Assembly (NCBI GenBank): GCA_018238545.1
Contig: JABCTC010000004.1
Span: 32,001 to 96,000, forward strand
Source: Candidatus Heimdallarchaeota archaeon
GTDB taxonomy: Archaea > Asgardarchaeota > Heimdallarchaeia > Heimdallarchaeales > Heimdallarchaeaceae
DNA length: 64,000 bases
Direction of reading: 5' to 3'
Shown: positions 38,525 to 48,500 of the stretch, in pieces
Layout of the letters: every line of letters begins with the position of its first letter
Numbering within the stretch: the stretch's first letter is position 1
Notes under the pieces: generated by a model
Databases searched by the model: none
What the model was told of the DNA's origin: nothing
Seen by the model: only the letters and a program-made list of their open reading frames with translations
Position numbers and translations under genes: made by a program

Positions 38525-39406
38525 TTATTGAAAGGAAGCAACTATCATCCCATAATAACTAGGGCACTCATAAACGCAATCTTTGTTCTTTAAATCCTTA
38601 CTTTTGATAATACCTAAAAGGATTAACATCTGCCAAACGCTATCAGGTTTCGCGCTCTCAATAAAATCCTTTGAGAGTCCTACAAGATTCTCCATTTCGT
38701 TCTCTCGAATCCATTCGGCAATTAATTTATCAAATTCTTTAGCAGAAGGGTCATAACCATAAGGTCCATTTTCATCATGAGCATGAGCATGATCAGCACT
38801 AGCAATGAAGACAACTTCCTTTTCATATTCATCACTGACTTGTGCAATTATCTCACCAAAATGGATTAAATCATCCCAAGGGATATCTCTTGAAGGAGTA
38901 ACAAGAACTATCAGAGGAGGAGACTTGTTGTTTGCTTTGTAAGCTTCCTGTATGAACCAAAGAGGTATCAAAGTACCCCAATCCATTTTATGGGTAGAAT
39001 ATTCACCGCTCGCAGCACCATAATTTACAGCTACTACAGGTAAATTATTCTCCTTTGCTTTCATGTAAATAGCTGAACCAAATGATCTGTCACATGCACT
39101 AGTTACCGTAACACTTTTTGATTTATCATCATTCCACCAGGTCCCCTCACACCATTCTGATGTTATTATTCCTATATGTTCAACTATCCTAAGATTATGT
39201 GGAGAAGCAATAACAATCACATCAGGATCGACATTACAAATATCTAGAGATGATTTCACCATAGCTTGTGAGAGTCTTTCCCATTCTTCTCCCATATCAG
39301 GGTAGATTTCAGAGATCAAATTAAAACCATGAGGCATTATTGAGGCATAACGAATGGCCATGAACGCCAATATTTGATAGCATTCTTTAGTTTTGTGAAC
39401 AAGCAA
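38525..39406 (-). CDS. LigB/Memo-like class III extradiol dioxygenase family protein
   Basis: MPHG, IASPH, MDWGTLIPL, IASADHAH, GPYGY, YYGM. Confidence 0.8.
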   Translation of the reverse strand: MLVHKTKECYQILAFMAIRYASIMPHGFNLISEIYPDMGEEWERLSQAMVKSSLDICNVDPDVIVIASPHNLRIVEHIGIITSEWCEGTWWNDDKSKSVTVTSACDRSFGSAIYMKAKENNLPVVAVNYGAASGEYSTHKMDWGTLIPLWFIQEAYKANNKSPPLIVLVTPSRDIPWDDLIHFGEIIAQVSDEYEKEVVFIASADHAHAHDENGPYGYDPSAKEFDKLIAEWIRENEMENLVGLSKDFIESAKPDSVWQMLILLGIIKSKDLKNKDCVYECPSYYGMIVASFQ

Positions 39407-39455
39407 CAGAATTTTGGAGAATAAGAATTAAAAAAGGGTATATCTATATTTATTT

Positions 39456-41027
39456 GTGACCTTCAATATGAAGAGAAAAATCATCTTACTATCAATATTA
39501 TTACTTTTTGCAAACATCACTTTAATTACAAAAGAACCTCAATCCCAAGTAAGATATCTTTTAGGAAAACCTATCATTGAGAGTTCAGAGGGATATTTTG
39601 AAGGATACAATTTATTCATTCTTGAAAGAAGAAACATTAGTGACTATACAACTGTTGACAAAACTCTATTTATAGTAGATATGGATGGGAAGATAATAAT
39701 TGAAAAAGATGTTGGGACAGACGCTTTCCTAGGCGTTGAATTCATTAATTCTACAACTCTACTTTATGGTAATTATGAGGGGGGCCTTTTGTGGAATATT
39801 GAAACTGATGTCGAAGAACAACTGCATTTTAAGGGGCATCATGAATATGAATGGAACCCCATTGATAACACCTATTTCACGCTTAATCAATACTTAGTAT
39901 TTTATGATGGTCTAGACTACGTTTATGATAGAATCGCCGAATTTACTCCAGAGGGAGAGATGATATGGAGTGTAAATATGAGTGAGTTTGTGCCTTTTGA
40001 GCATTGGTGTCCGTTTCAAGGTACAGAGTATGAAGGGATGGCGGATATTACACATGCAAATTCAATCTTTTATGACGATGTTGAAGATGTAATATATGTT
40101 AATTGCAGAAATACCAACACTTTCTATAAAATCGATCACGAAACAGGAGAACTGCTATGGTCATTAGGTGAATATGGTGATTTCGAATTATATGATATTG
40201 AAGGAAATCTAAAAGAGAGTCTCTTTTACCATGGACATGCTTTAGAAAAAATTAACGATGACACATTTATTTACTTTGATAACGACCAACACAACCAAGA
40301 AGATGCTCAAAACAGAGAATCTAGAATCATTGAGATTCAGATAGATGAAGTCTCAAGGGAAGCGCGAATTATTTGGCAATGGGTGTCTTCTGATGAATAT
40401 CATTCAGCTTGGTGGGGTGATGCAGATCTATTACCAAATGGCAACAGATTAGGAACTTTTGGTACTTTAGATCATAGTGGATCAACTTCTATTGGGGCAC
40501 GTTTGGTTGAAGTGTCTAATGAAGGGGACATCGTTTGGGAGATGAAGTATCCAAAAGATGGTGATATAGCTCATGGAGTGTATAGGATGGAAAGGATTGA
40601 TTTTGCACCTATTCTTCAAGTTAATGAAACTTACTGGATTAAATCAGGAGAAGAAGCTATTGTTTATTGGGAAGCATTCTACAATTATCGTAATAAATAT
40701 GAACAATCAGGATTATATTCAATATTTTTTGAAGGGATAGAAATTGAAACCAACTCTGTGAATTTTGAAAGATATTGGCAACCTACAGAAAAAAGTATAA
40801 ATCTTGGATTACTGGAAGATGGGAATTACAATGTAACATTTGTAATTCAGGATGAAATCTCACATCTTAACAGCCAATGTGTGAATTTGACAGTATCAAA
40901 ATATACGCCTGATGTGGGTAAAACAGAAGGTTTTGCCTTAGTATCAGTTCTTCTTCCATGTTCAATATTAATGGTTCTGGTTATTAGAAAGAGATTTCTT
41001 AAAAATAAAAACAAGCTGTGTTCATAG
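39456..41027 (+). CDS. Arylsulfate sulfotransferase-family secreted protein with C-terminal TM
   Basis: GHHE, THANSI, WSLG, HGHA, FDN, GDADLLPNGN, YR; TEGF + TM + RKR. Confidence 0.8.
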   Translation: MTFNMKRKIILLSILLLFANITLITKEPQSQVRYLLGKPIIESSEGYFEGYNLFILERRNISDYTTVDKTLFIVDMDGKIIIEKDVGTDAFLGVEFINSTTLLYGNYEGGLLWNIETDVEEQLHFKGHHEYEWNPIDNTYFTLNQYLVFYDGLDYVYDRIAEFTPEGEMIWSVNMSEFVPFEHWCPFQGTEYEGMADITHANSIFYDDVEDVIYVNCRNTNTFYKIDHETGELLWSLGEYGDFELYDIEGNLKESLFYHGHALEKINDDTFIYFDNDQHNQEDAQNRESRIIEIQIDEVSREARIIWQWVSSDEYHSAWWGDADLLPNGNRLGTFGTLDHSGSTSIGARLVEVSNEGDIVWEMKYPKDGDIAHGVYRMERIDFAPILQVNETYWIKSGEEAIVYWEAFYNYRNKYEQSGLYSIFFEGIEIETNSVNFERYWQPTEKSINLGLLEDGNYNVTFVIQDEISHLNSQCVNLTVSKYTPDVGKTEGFALVSVLLPCSILMVLVIRKRFLKNKNKLCS

Positions 41028-41040
41028 GTCTAGGAATATG

Positions 41041-41075
41041 ATCATTGGAGGAATTTTGTTCAGTAAGAAAAAGAA
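41041..41075 (+). repeat. 35-bp exact direct repeat, copy 1 (orphan gene 3' end)
   Basis: ATCATTGGAGGAATTTTGTTCAGTAAGAAAAAGAA is identical to 42515-42549. Confidence 0.9.
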
Positions 41076-41220
41076 AATGGATTAGTAGACAAGTTACAAC
41101 AATACTTTTTAATGTCAATTTTAATTATAGAGCTCTTAGTAAAATAAAATGGTATTAATAGACAACACTAACAATCTGAAACAACGTCTAGAACAAGATT
41201 CCTAGTGAAAAGGTGAAAAA

Positions 41221-41886
41221 ATGAGAAAGAAAAAGATAATATTAGTATTTGTTATTACTTGTATGCTCAACTTTGCATTTTTATCTTCGTTAAGCCAAGC
41301 AAGTTCAGAGTATTTATTTTTTGGTCAATATGTTTACGAAGGAAAAAAAGTAAAGGAAAATGCAGAAATTGAATGGTCTTTTAGTGGATCAAATTCATAT
41401 GTTGGCATTATAGTAATGGCAATGGATGAATACAATTTCAATAAATTTGACAATGGGGATATGTCTGCTTACGCATATTTCTTATCAAATGGGAATTATA
41501 TTGCTGACTACGGAACTTTCAAAGCTAAATCGGATGACGTGTGGTATATTGTTTTCTGGAATTTCGATGCGGTTATTGAATCAACCTCACTAACATACAA
41601 AGTTAAGTTTCCAGGCGTGAGTATTGGTTTAATCATTGGAATCGTAATAGGTGTTATAGTAGTTATAGCAATCATTGGTGTGGTTGTAAGTTCAAATAAG
41701 AAGAAAAAAGCTTCTATGATGCCAGCAGCTGCACAACCAGGTGTATATCAACCTTATGCGCCAGCACAACCTACGGAACAACAGCCTTATGCACCAGCTC
41801 AACCAGCAGTAAGCACAAAAGTTTGTTCTAGCTGTGGGGCTTCAATGGAAGGAAGTTTCTGCACAAGTTGTGGATCAAAAATGTAA
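41221..41886 (+). CDS. Single-pass membrane protein: GOLD/emp24-like ectodomain, TM, P/Q/A-rich linker, C-terminal zinc ribbon
   Basis: Signal; IEWSF...GTFKA..DDVWYIVFWN; TM; YAPAQP repeats; CSSCG...CTSCG. Confidence 0.7.
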   Translation: MRKKKIILVFVITCMLNFAFLSSLSQASSEYLFFGQYVYEGKKVKENAEIEWSFSGSNSYVGIIVMAMDEYNFNKFDNGDMSAYAYFLSNGNYIADYGTFKAKSDDVWYIVFWNFDAVIESTSLTYKVKFPGVSIGLIIGIVIGVIVVIAIIGVVVSSNKKKKASMMPAAAQPGVYQPYAPAQPTEQQPYAPAQPAVSTKVCSSCGASMEGSFCTSCGSKM

Positions 41887-42067
41887 TTCAACCAAAATAG
41901 ATAAGGAAACCTAACACTTTCCTTTCTTTTTAACTAATTCAAAACAATGAGAATGAAAAAGATAAGATATGTTTATAATATTGGTTTAGTATAACTCTAG
42001 TATAGATTTCTGAAATTCTACCAAAATTTCGTAGGATTTTCAGAGAGCTATAATTTGAGGGAATAAA

Positions 42068-42559
42068 ATGAAAAATCAAAAAATCGTTTCACTTATTTTT
42101 ATCTTAATATTTCTAAATATCATTATTTCTGTATCGAAAAGTCAAGCTGTAACATATACTGAAAATATTATTCTAGCTCCAGGAGATTATGTATATGTTA
42201 ACGAAAGAATGTCTTTGGAATCAGAAATTGAATGGAGATTTGCTAGAAGAGGAGAGGGTGTTATTTATGTGGTTGCTTTTGATCAAGAGAATTTCGATTT
42301 ATATGAGAGTGGTGAAACTTATTCATATAATAGTTTATCAATATCATCATTATTTATGGATTCTGGAATTTTTAATGTTCCTAAATCAGATAATTGGCAT
42401 ATAGTTTTCATTTGTATATTGACATATACAAATTTAACATATGAAGTTACTTTTCATAAACCAAATCTGGGGGTGATATTAGGAATAACAGGAGGGGTGA
42501 TAGGGATAGGGATAATCATTGGAGGAATTTTGTTCAGTAAGAAAAAGAAGAAAAATTGA
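42068..42559 (+). CDS. Paralog of the preceding protein, without the cytoplasmic zinc ribbon
   Basis: Signal; IEWRF...SGIFNVPKSDNWHIVF; TM; FSKKKKKN. Confidence 0.7.
   Translation: MKNQKIVSLIFILIFLNIIISVSKSQAVTYTENIILAPGDYVYVNERMSLESEIEWRFARRGEGVIYVVAFDQENFDLYESGETYSYNSLSISSLFMDSGIFNVPKSDNWHIVFICILTYTNLTYEVTFHKPNLGVILGITGGVIGIGIIIGGILFSKKKKKN
42515..42549 (+). repeat. 35-bp exact direct repeat, copy 2
   Basis: Identical to 41041-41075; encodes IIGGILFSKKK. Confidence 0.9.
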
Positions 42560-42579
42560 GGGTTTAATCTCATTTTTAT

Positions 42580-43827
42580 TTATTTCTTAATTTCATAGTC
42601 CTTTAAGTCTTTCAAGAAGAAAGCTAATACTGTGGCAATTGCAAATAATACAGCATAGATAATGAAATTGTATTTGATTCCAGCTGGAGGGATAAACATC
42701 ACTAATGCAATCAACAAAATCCCACTTAATTGCCCACTCCACATGAGCCAGCCATTTGAAGTTTCTTCTGGTACAGGATAAGTCATTTCAGCACCAAACG
42801 TAAATCCTATAGGCAAAGCTGATATCAACATAAAACCAAAGAAGAATGCAATTATCAGTAATGCTATGAAATCCTTAATGAAATAGAATAAAAGTGCAAA
42901 AACTGTACTTGTACTAACAGCTAGTATTAAGAAAATCTTTCTTTTCCTGAACTTATCGGATAAAGTGGAAAGAATTACTGCTCCAAAAATTCCGCCCAAT
43001 ATCATTACACCACCAAGAATACCAATTGCATCTTCACCTAAAACAATGGGAACATTAGTCATATCTGCAAATAAAAGGTCAATTCCAGTGCTTAAAGAAT
43101 TGAAGATACCAGCACCAAGTAATACAAGTATAAACAAGAGCAGAAAATCTATTCGGAAAAGATCTCGAGTTCCTTTTATCCCTAATTCCATAGGTTTATC
43201 ACTATAAGCGTTTGGAGGACTATCAGGTTTGTCTTTTACAAATATCAAATAAAGAACCATAAAGAATAAAGCTCCACCTCCTAAGATGTAAAGAATTGTA
43301 CCAATTCCTGCGCTTAAAAACATACCAGGTAAAAACATTCCAAGTGCAGCACCAAGAAGAATCCCCACTGTCCCTAGACTTACTGCCAAAGCTTTCTCTT
43401 TCTCTGGAAACCAATTTATTGCTAGTTTTGTGAAGGAATTGAGTACAAAAGGCTGCCCTATAGCACACATTATTTGAAATGCAAAAACTACCCAATAATT
43501 TGGAACAATTGCCCGCAAAAAACCAAAAACACCTGTTAGGATTACACCTATTCCAGTACCCCACTTAAGTCCAAATTTTTCTATTCCTTTACTTGCAAAG
43601 TAGTTTACTGGAAGGTAAACAATCATGAACACCATTGATAACAACAAAATTAAATTCAAACTTGTTGTGCTTTCATTACCAAAGAAATATTGTGCGGCTT
43701 CCGTAGTTATTGGAGCAAATGAAATCCAAATCATCTGCGTCATAATTGCCATTAATATAAAAAATATAAGGACAACCCATCTATAGGATGACACTTCATA
43801 TTTTGTTTCTGAATTTACTGTAGACAT
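42580..43827 (-). CDS. MFS transporter (FLVCR/SLC49-like)
   Basis: YRWVVL, WISFAPI, GQPF, NWFP.KE.A, AEMTYPVPE; about 12 TM. Confidence 0.85.
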   Translation of the reverse strand: MSTVNSETKYEVSSYRWVVLIFFILMAIMTQMIWISFAPITTEAAQYFFGNESTTSLNLILLLSMVFMIVYLPVNYFASKGIEKFGLKWGTGIGVILTGVFGFLRAIVPNYWVVFAFQIMCAIGQPFVLNSFTKLAINWFPEKEKALAVSLGTVGILLGAALGMFLPGMFLSAGIGTILYILGGGALFFMVLYLIFVKDKPDSPPNAYSDKPMELGIKGTRDLFRIDFLLLFILVLLGAGIFNSLSTGIDLLFADMTNVPIVLGEDAIGILGGVMILGGIFGAVILSTLSDKFRKRKIFLILAVSTSTVFALLFYFIKDFIALLIIAFFFGFMLISALPIGFTFGAEMTYPVPEETSNGWLMWSGQLSGILLIALVMFIPPAGIKYNFIIYAVLFAIATVLAFFLKDLKDYEIKK

Positions 43828-43876
43828 AAGGAATCTTCATTATTGCTTCTTTAAAAAGTTTAAGAGGCATTATAAT

Positions 43877-44737
43877 TCAATCATGTTTTGTGAAAATTCC
43901 GTTCTTATACTCCTCAAAAGCAACTCTAAGTTCTTCTTGAGTGTTCATAACTATAGGACCAGACCATGCAACGGATTCTTTGATAGGTTTCCCAGAAATT
44001 AGAAGCAAACGAAGTTTGGATGCAGATGTTGATATTTGTATCTCATCACCATCTTCCAACACAACTAGATGGTGTTTTACTACTTTCTTTTTCTTCTTAT
44101 CATCAAAGAATCCTTCACCTTCAATTACATATGCGAAAGAGTTATGATCGTCTTTTATGGGGTGTTTGAAAACAGCATTTGGTTGCATAGTTACGTCGAG
44201 ATATTCAGGTTCAGTAACTATATCTTGTACTGGACCTTTAATCCCTTCAACTTCTCCACAGATAACTTTTACACTGATTTTATCACCTATTTGAACAGTA
44301 GGTATTTCAGATTGCTTAACTTCTTGATAACGAGGATGCATCATTTTATTCGAAGAAGGTAGATTAGCCCAAAGTTGGAAACCAGCCATTAATCCGTTAG
44401 TTTTTTCAGGCATTTCTTGATGGATAATTCCACTACCAGCAGTCATCCACTGAACATCTCCTTGTCCTATCACACCAGCATTACCTAAAATGTCTTCATG
44501 TTTAACTTCACCATGAAGAATATAGGTAATAGTTTCTATTCCTCTGTGTGGATGCCATGGAAAACCTGACATATAATCATCTGGATTTTCAGAACCAAAA
44601 TCATCTAAAAGCAGAAAAGGATCTAGTTTCGGGTGATCTTGACCAAAAGCTCTTCTAAGTCTAACTCCTGCACCTTCCATAGTAGTTTGACTTTCCATTA
44701 TTTGGTATATAGTTCTTGTTTTTGCCATGTAATTCAC
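43877..44737 (-). CDS. Pirin family protein
   Basis: EGAGV, DPFLLLD, HPHRGIET, QWMTAGSGIIHQEMP, QLWANLP, GPIVMN. Confidence 0.95.
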   Translation of the reverse strand: MNYMAKTRTIYQIMESQTTMEGAGVRLRRAFGQDHPKLDPFLLLDDFGSENPDDYMSGFPWHPHRGIETITYILHGEVKHEDILGNAGVIGQGDVQWMTAGSGIIHQEMPEKTNGLMAGFQLWANLPSSNKMMHPRYQEVKQSEIPTVQIGDKISVKVICGEVEGIKGPVQDIVTEPEYLDVTMQPNAVFKHPIKDDHNSFAYVIEGEGFFDDKKKKKVVKHHLVVLEDGDEIQISTSASKLRLLLISGKPIKESVAWSGPIVMNTQEELRVAFEEYKNGIFTKHD

Positions 44738-44865
44738 CTAAAATAAATCAATCTACTCTTGGAATGGAGTTATAAAATGATTCACTATTCACAAAAATGT
44801 TGGATTCAATTTTAGGACACATTATTAAGAGAAACCAATATTAAGCTTAATTTTCTTCTGAAACT

Positions 44866-45438
44866 ATGCCCTCCATTTATGATATAGCCTCACCATTCTT
44901 TGGAGACAAGATTAAACTACGAGCAATAGAAATGAGTGACTTATCTGCTATAATGAAGCACTGGAACTCCTATGAAACCAGAGTTAGTTTAGGGAAATAT
45001 GTTCCTTCATCTAGTAAAGATCGAGAAGATTGGATTAAAAAGGTCAATGAACATGCAAACAAAGGAGAAGCTTTCACATTTGCTATTGTCCATAAGGAAT
45101 CTGAAGAATTCTTGGGTACTGTGGCACTCAAAAGAATAAATATGATTAATAGAGGAGCATCACTGAGCGTATCAATACATAACCCTGAAAATTATAACAA
45201 AGGATATGGTACAGGTGCTACAAGATGTATCCTCAAATTTGGTTTTAATATTTTGAATCTTCACAGGATAGAACTTCATGTTTACGAATTCACTGCAAAT
45301 GCTGTTCATGTTTATGAAAAACTGGGTTTCAAAAAAGTAGGAGTAAGAAGAGAAGCATCTTATATCATAGGTAAATACAGAAATGACCTTGTTATGGATA
45401 TTTTAGAAGAAGAATTTGACGAAATATATAGAAAATAA
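44866..45438 (+). CDS. RimJ/RimL-type GNAT acetyltransferase
   Basis: KGYGT, LNLHRIEL.V, YEKLGFKKVG, MDILEEE. Confidence 0.88.
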   Translation: MPSIYDIASPFFGDKIKLRAIEMSDLSAIMKHWNSYETRVSLGKYVPSSSKDREDWIKKVNEHANKGEAFTFAIVHKESEEFLGTVALKRINMINRGASLSVSIHNPENYNKGYGTGATRCILKFGFNILNLHRIELHVYEFTANAVHVYEKLGFKKVGVRREASYIIGKYRNDLVMDILEEEFDEIYRK

Positions 45439-45552
45439 GTTCAAAAATACATTTAATTTGCTTTTCTTTTCTATAGCTGTTTTTTCAACGAATCTTCATA
45501 TTTATATACTGAATTCAAGTGCTTGAGATATAAGCTCTGACAAATATTTTGG

Positions 45553-48500
45553 GTGCTGAAGGTGGCTAAAGAATCAATAAGAGTTGTGGGGGCACAAGAG
45601 AATAATCTGAAAAATATTTCTATTGACATTCCACATAATAAGTTAGTTGTAATATCAGGAATCAGTGGTTCCGGTAAAAGTTCTTTGGCTTTTAACACTA
45701 TCTTCATGGAAGCTCAGAGGAGATATATGGAAACTTTATCTTCTTACGCTAGACAATTTATTGGTAATTTTGATAGACCTGATGTTGAACATATAGAAGG
45801 GTTAAGACCTACAATCTCAATTGATCAAAAAACTATCTCACGAAATCCAAGAAGTACTGTAGGAACATTAACAGAGATTTATGATTATATGAGAGTTCTC
45901 TATGCAAGAGTAGGAATACCACATTGTCCTGATTGCAAAGTTATCATCGAAGCACAGCCATCTGAACAAATTATTGAGCAGCTCTTTGCTTCCTTTGAAG
46001 GTGAAAAGATCAAGGTAATTGCACCTATGTTTGAGAAAAGAAAAGGGGAATATAGAAGAGAGCTCACTCAATGGAAAGAAGACGGTTATAATCGACTTAT
46101 CATAGATGGTAAAGAAATCAATCTTGATGATGAAGAAGTCAAATTAGAAAGGTATGTTCCTCATGATATTGAAATAATTGTTGATAGGAACAGCTGTGAA
46201 AGGAAAAATGAACCCAGTATAGCCGATAGTATAAGTCTAGCATTAGATTTAACAAAAGGTAAATTGAAAATTGTAGGGGAGAAGAAAACAAGAACTTTCT
46301 CAACTAAGTTAGTATGTCCTGAATGTGGAATATCTGTAAATGAGTTTAATCCTAGAGATTTTTCATATAACACTCCAGTAGGAGCATGTCAACTTTGCAA
46401 AGGATTAGGGAAGATCCCTCAGATTGTTCCAGAAAAATTCATTAACCCAGAACTCTCAATAGCAAAGGGAGCTATAGCTACAACAACTAAAAGCTTGAAA
46501 TACATAACCTATAGCGGAATCAGTGTAAAGAATCTCAATCAAATAACAAAGGAAAATGGATTTGATATCACCACTCCTTTCAAAGACTTAACAGAAGAAC
46601 AGCAAAAGCTGATTCTCTATGGTTCTGGAAAAAAGACTTACAAACTTAAATGGTCTTGGGGAGGCGACACTACAACTTGGCAAGGTAAGGGAGAATATCT
46701 TACGACTTGGAAGGGAATAATCCCTTTGACGATGGAAGGATATTATAGAATTAACTCACTAAAGAGGAAAGAACAACTAGAAAAACTGATGGAACTCTCA
46801 ACATGTCCTGATTGTGAAGGAAAGAGGTTGAAACCTGAAAGTTTGGCAGTTCTTTTCAAAGGTAAAAATATGGCAGATCTCAATCAACTACCAATAGACA
46901 AATGTTACAACTTCTTCAAGAAAGTAAAAATTACAGATGAAGAAGAAATAATCGCTGGACCTTTGTTGAAGGAGATTAAAAATAGACTATCTTTTCTTAT
47001 CGAAGTAGGATTACATTATATTACATTGAATAGGGGAGCCAATGAATTAAGTGGAGGAGAAGCACAAAGAACACGATTGGCAACACAAATTGGTTCTAAA
47101 CTTCAAGGGGTTAACTACGTGCTCGATGAACCCAGTGTGGGGTTAGCAAATCGAGATAATGAGAAGTTACTCAACTCTCTTATGACTTTGAGAGATGGAG
47201 GGAATACTGTAGTTGTTGTAGAACATGATGAAGATACTTTAAGAAATGCAGATATTCTGGTAGATCTAGGTCCATATGCTGGAGACGAGGGGGGAGAAGT
47301 GTTATTCTCTTTAGCACCAAATGAGTTGACAGAGAAAGAAGCTAAGAAATCAACAACAGCTAGATATCTATTAGGGTTAGATGAGATTGCAATCCCAACT
47401 AAAAGAAGAAAGGCTACAAAATATCTAACACTTAAAGGAGCTCAGCATAATAACTTGAAGAAGATTGATGTGAAGTTTCCTATTGGAAGTTTCATCAGTG
47501 TTACGGGAGTAAGTGGGTCAGGTAAATCTTCCTTGATTAAAGATACACTCTATCCAATTCTTGTTAATAAATTACATAACGGAACTCAGAGTGTGGGAAA
47601 ACACAAGAAGCTTGAGGGAATAGAAAATCTAGACAAAGTTGTAGTCATTAATCAATCACCCATAGGAAGGAGCTCTAGATCTAATCCTGCAACATATACT
47701 AAAGTTCTAGACCACTTAAGGGATCTCTATGCAAGATTACCTTCAGCTTTGGTAAGAGGTTATACAAAAACACGATTCACTTTTAACACAAAAGAGGGTA
47801 GATGTGAAGCTTGTAAGGGTCATGGATACCTCAAGATAGAAATGAGTTTACTTCCCGATGTAGAAGTGGAGTGTGAAATATGCAAGGGGAGAAGATATGA
47901 TGATGAAACACTCAAAGTGAAATTTGCAACTCACTCCATAGCTGATGTTCTTGATATGACAGTTAGTAATGCGATGAAAACTTTCAAGAATCAACCTAAA
48001 ATCATGAAGATACTGCAAACATTATCTGATGTTGGGCTTGGTTATATCAAACTCGGACAACCATCTACAACTGTCAGTGGAGGAGAAGCACAAAGAATCA
48101 AATTATCAAAAGAGCTCTCCAAAACAGCAACAGGAAGCACTCTGTACATCCTCGATGAACCAACAACTGGATTGTCTTTTGAGGATATCAAAAAACTTCT
48201 TGTTGTTCTTCAAAGATTAGTGGATAAAGGGAATACAATAATCATCATTGAGCATAATCTAGATGTTATAAAAATAGCTGATTATGTTATTGATTTGGGA
48301 CCAGAAGGAGGAGAAGATAAAGGTGGTTTCCTTGTTGGTGCAGGAACGCCTGAGAAAATAATAAAACTTGAAAAATCTTATACAGGGAAGGCTCTAAAGA
48401 GGGTTTTGTTAGGGGAAGAGAAAAATATTATTTTGGAGAAAACGGAACCTTTCGACAGAAATCTAGACCCAGCTAATTATCTCTATGTTAGAGGAGCATC

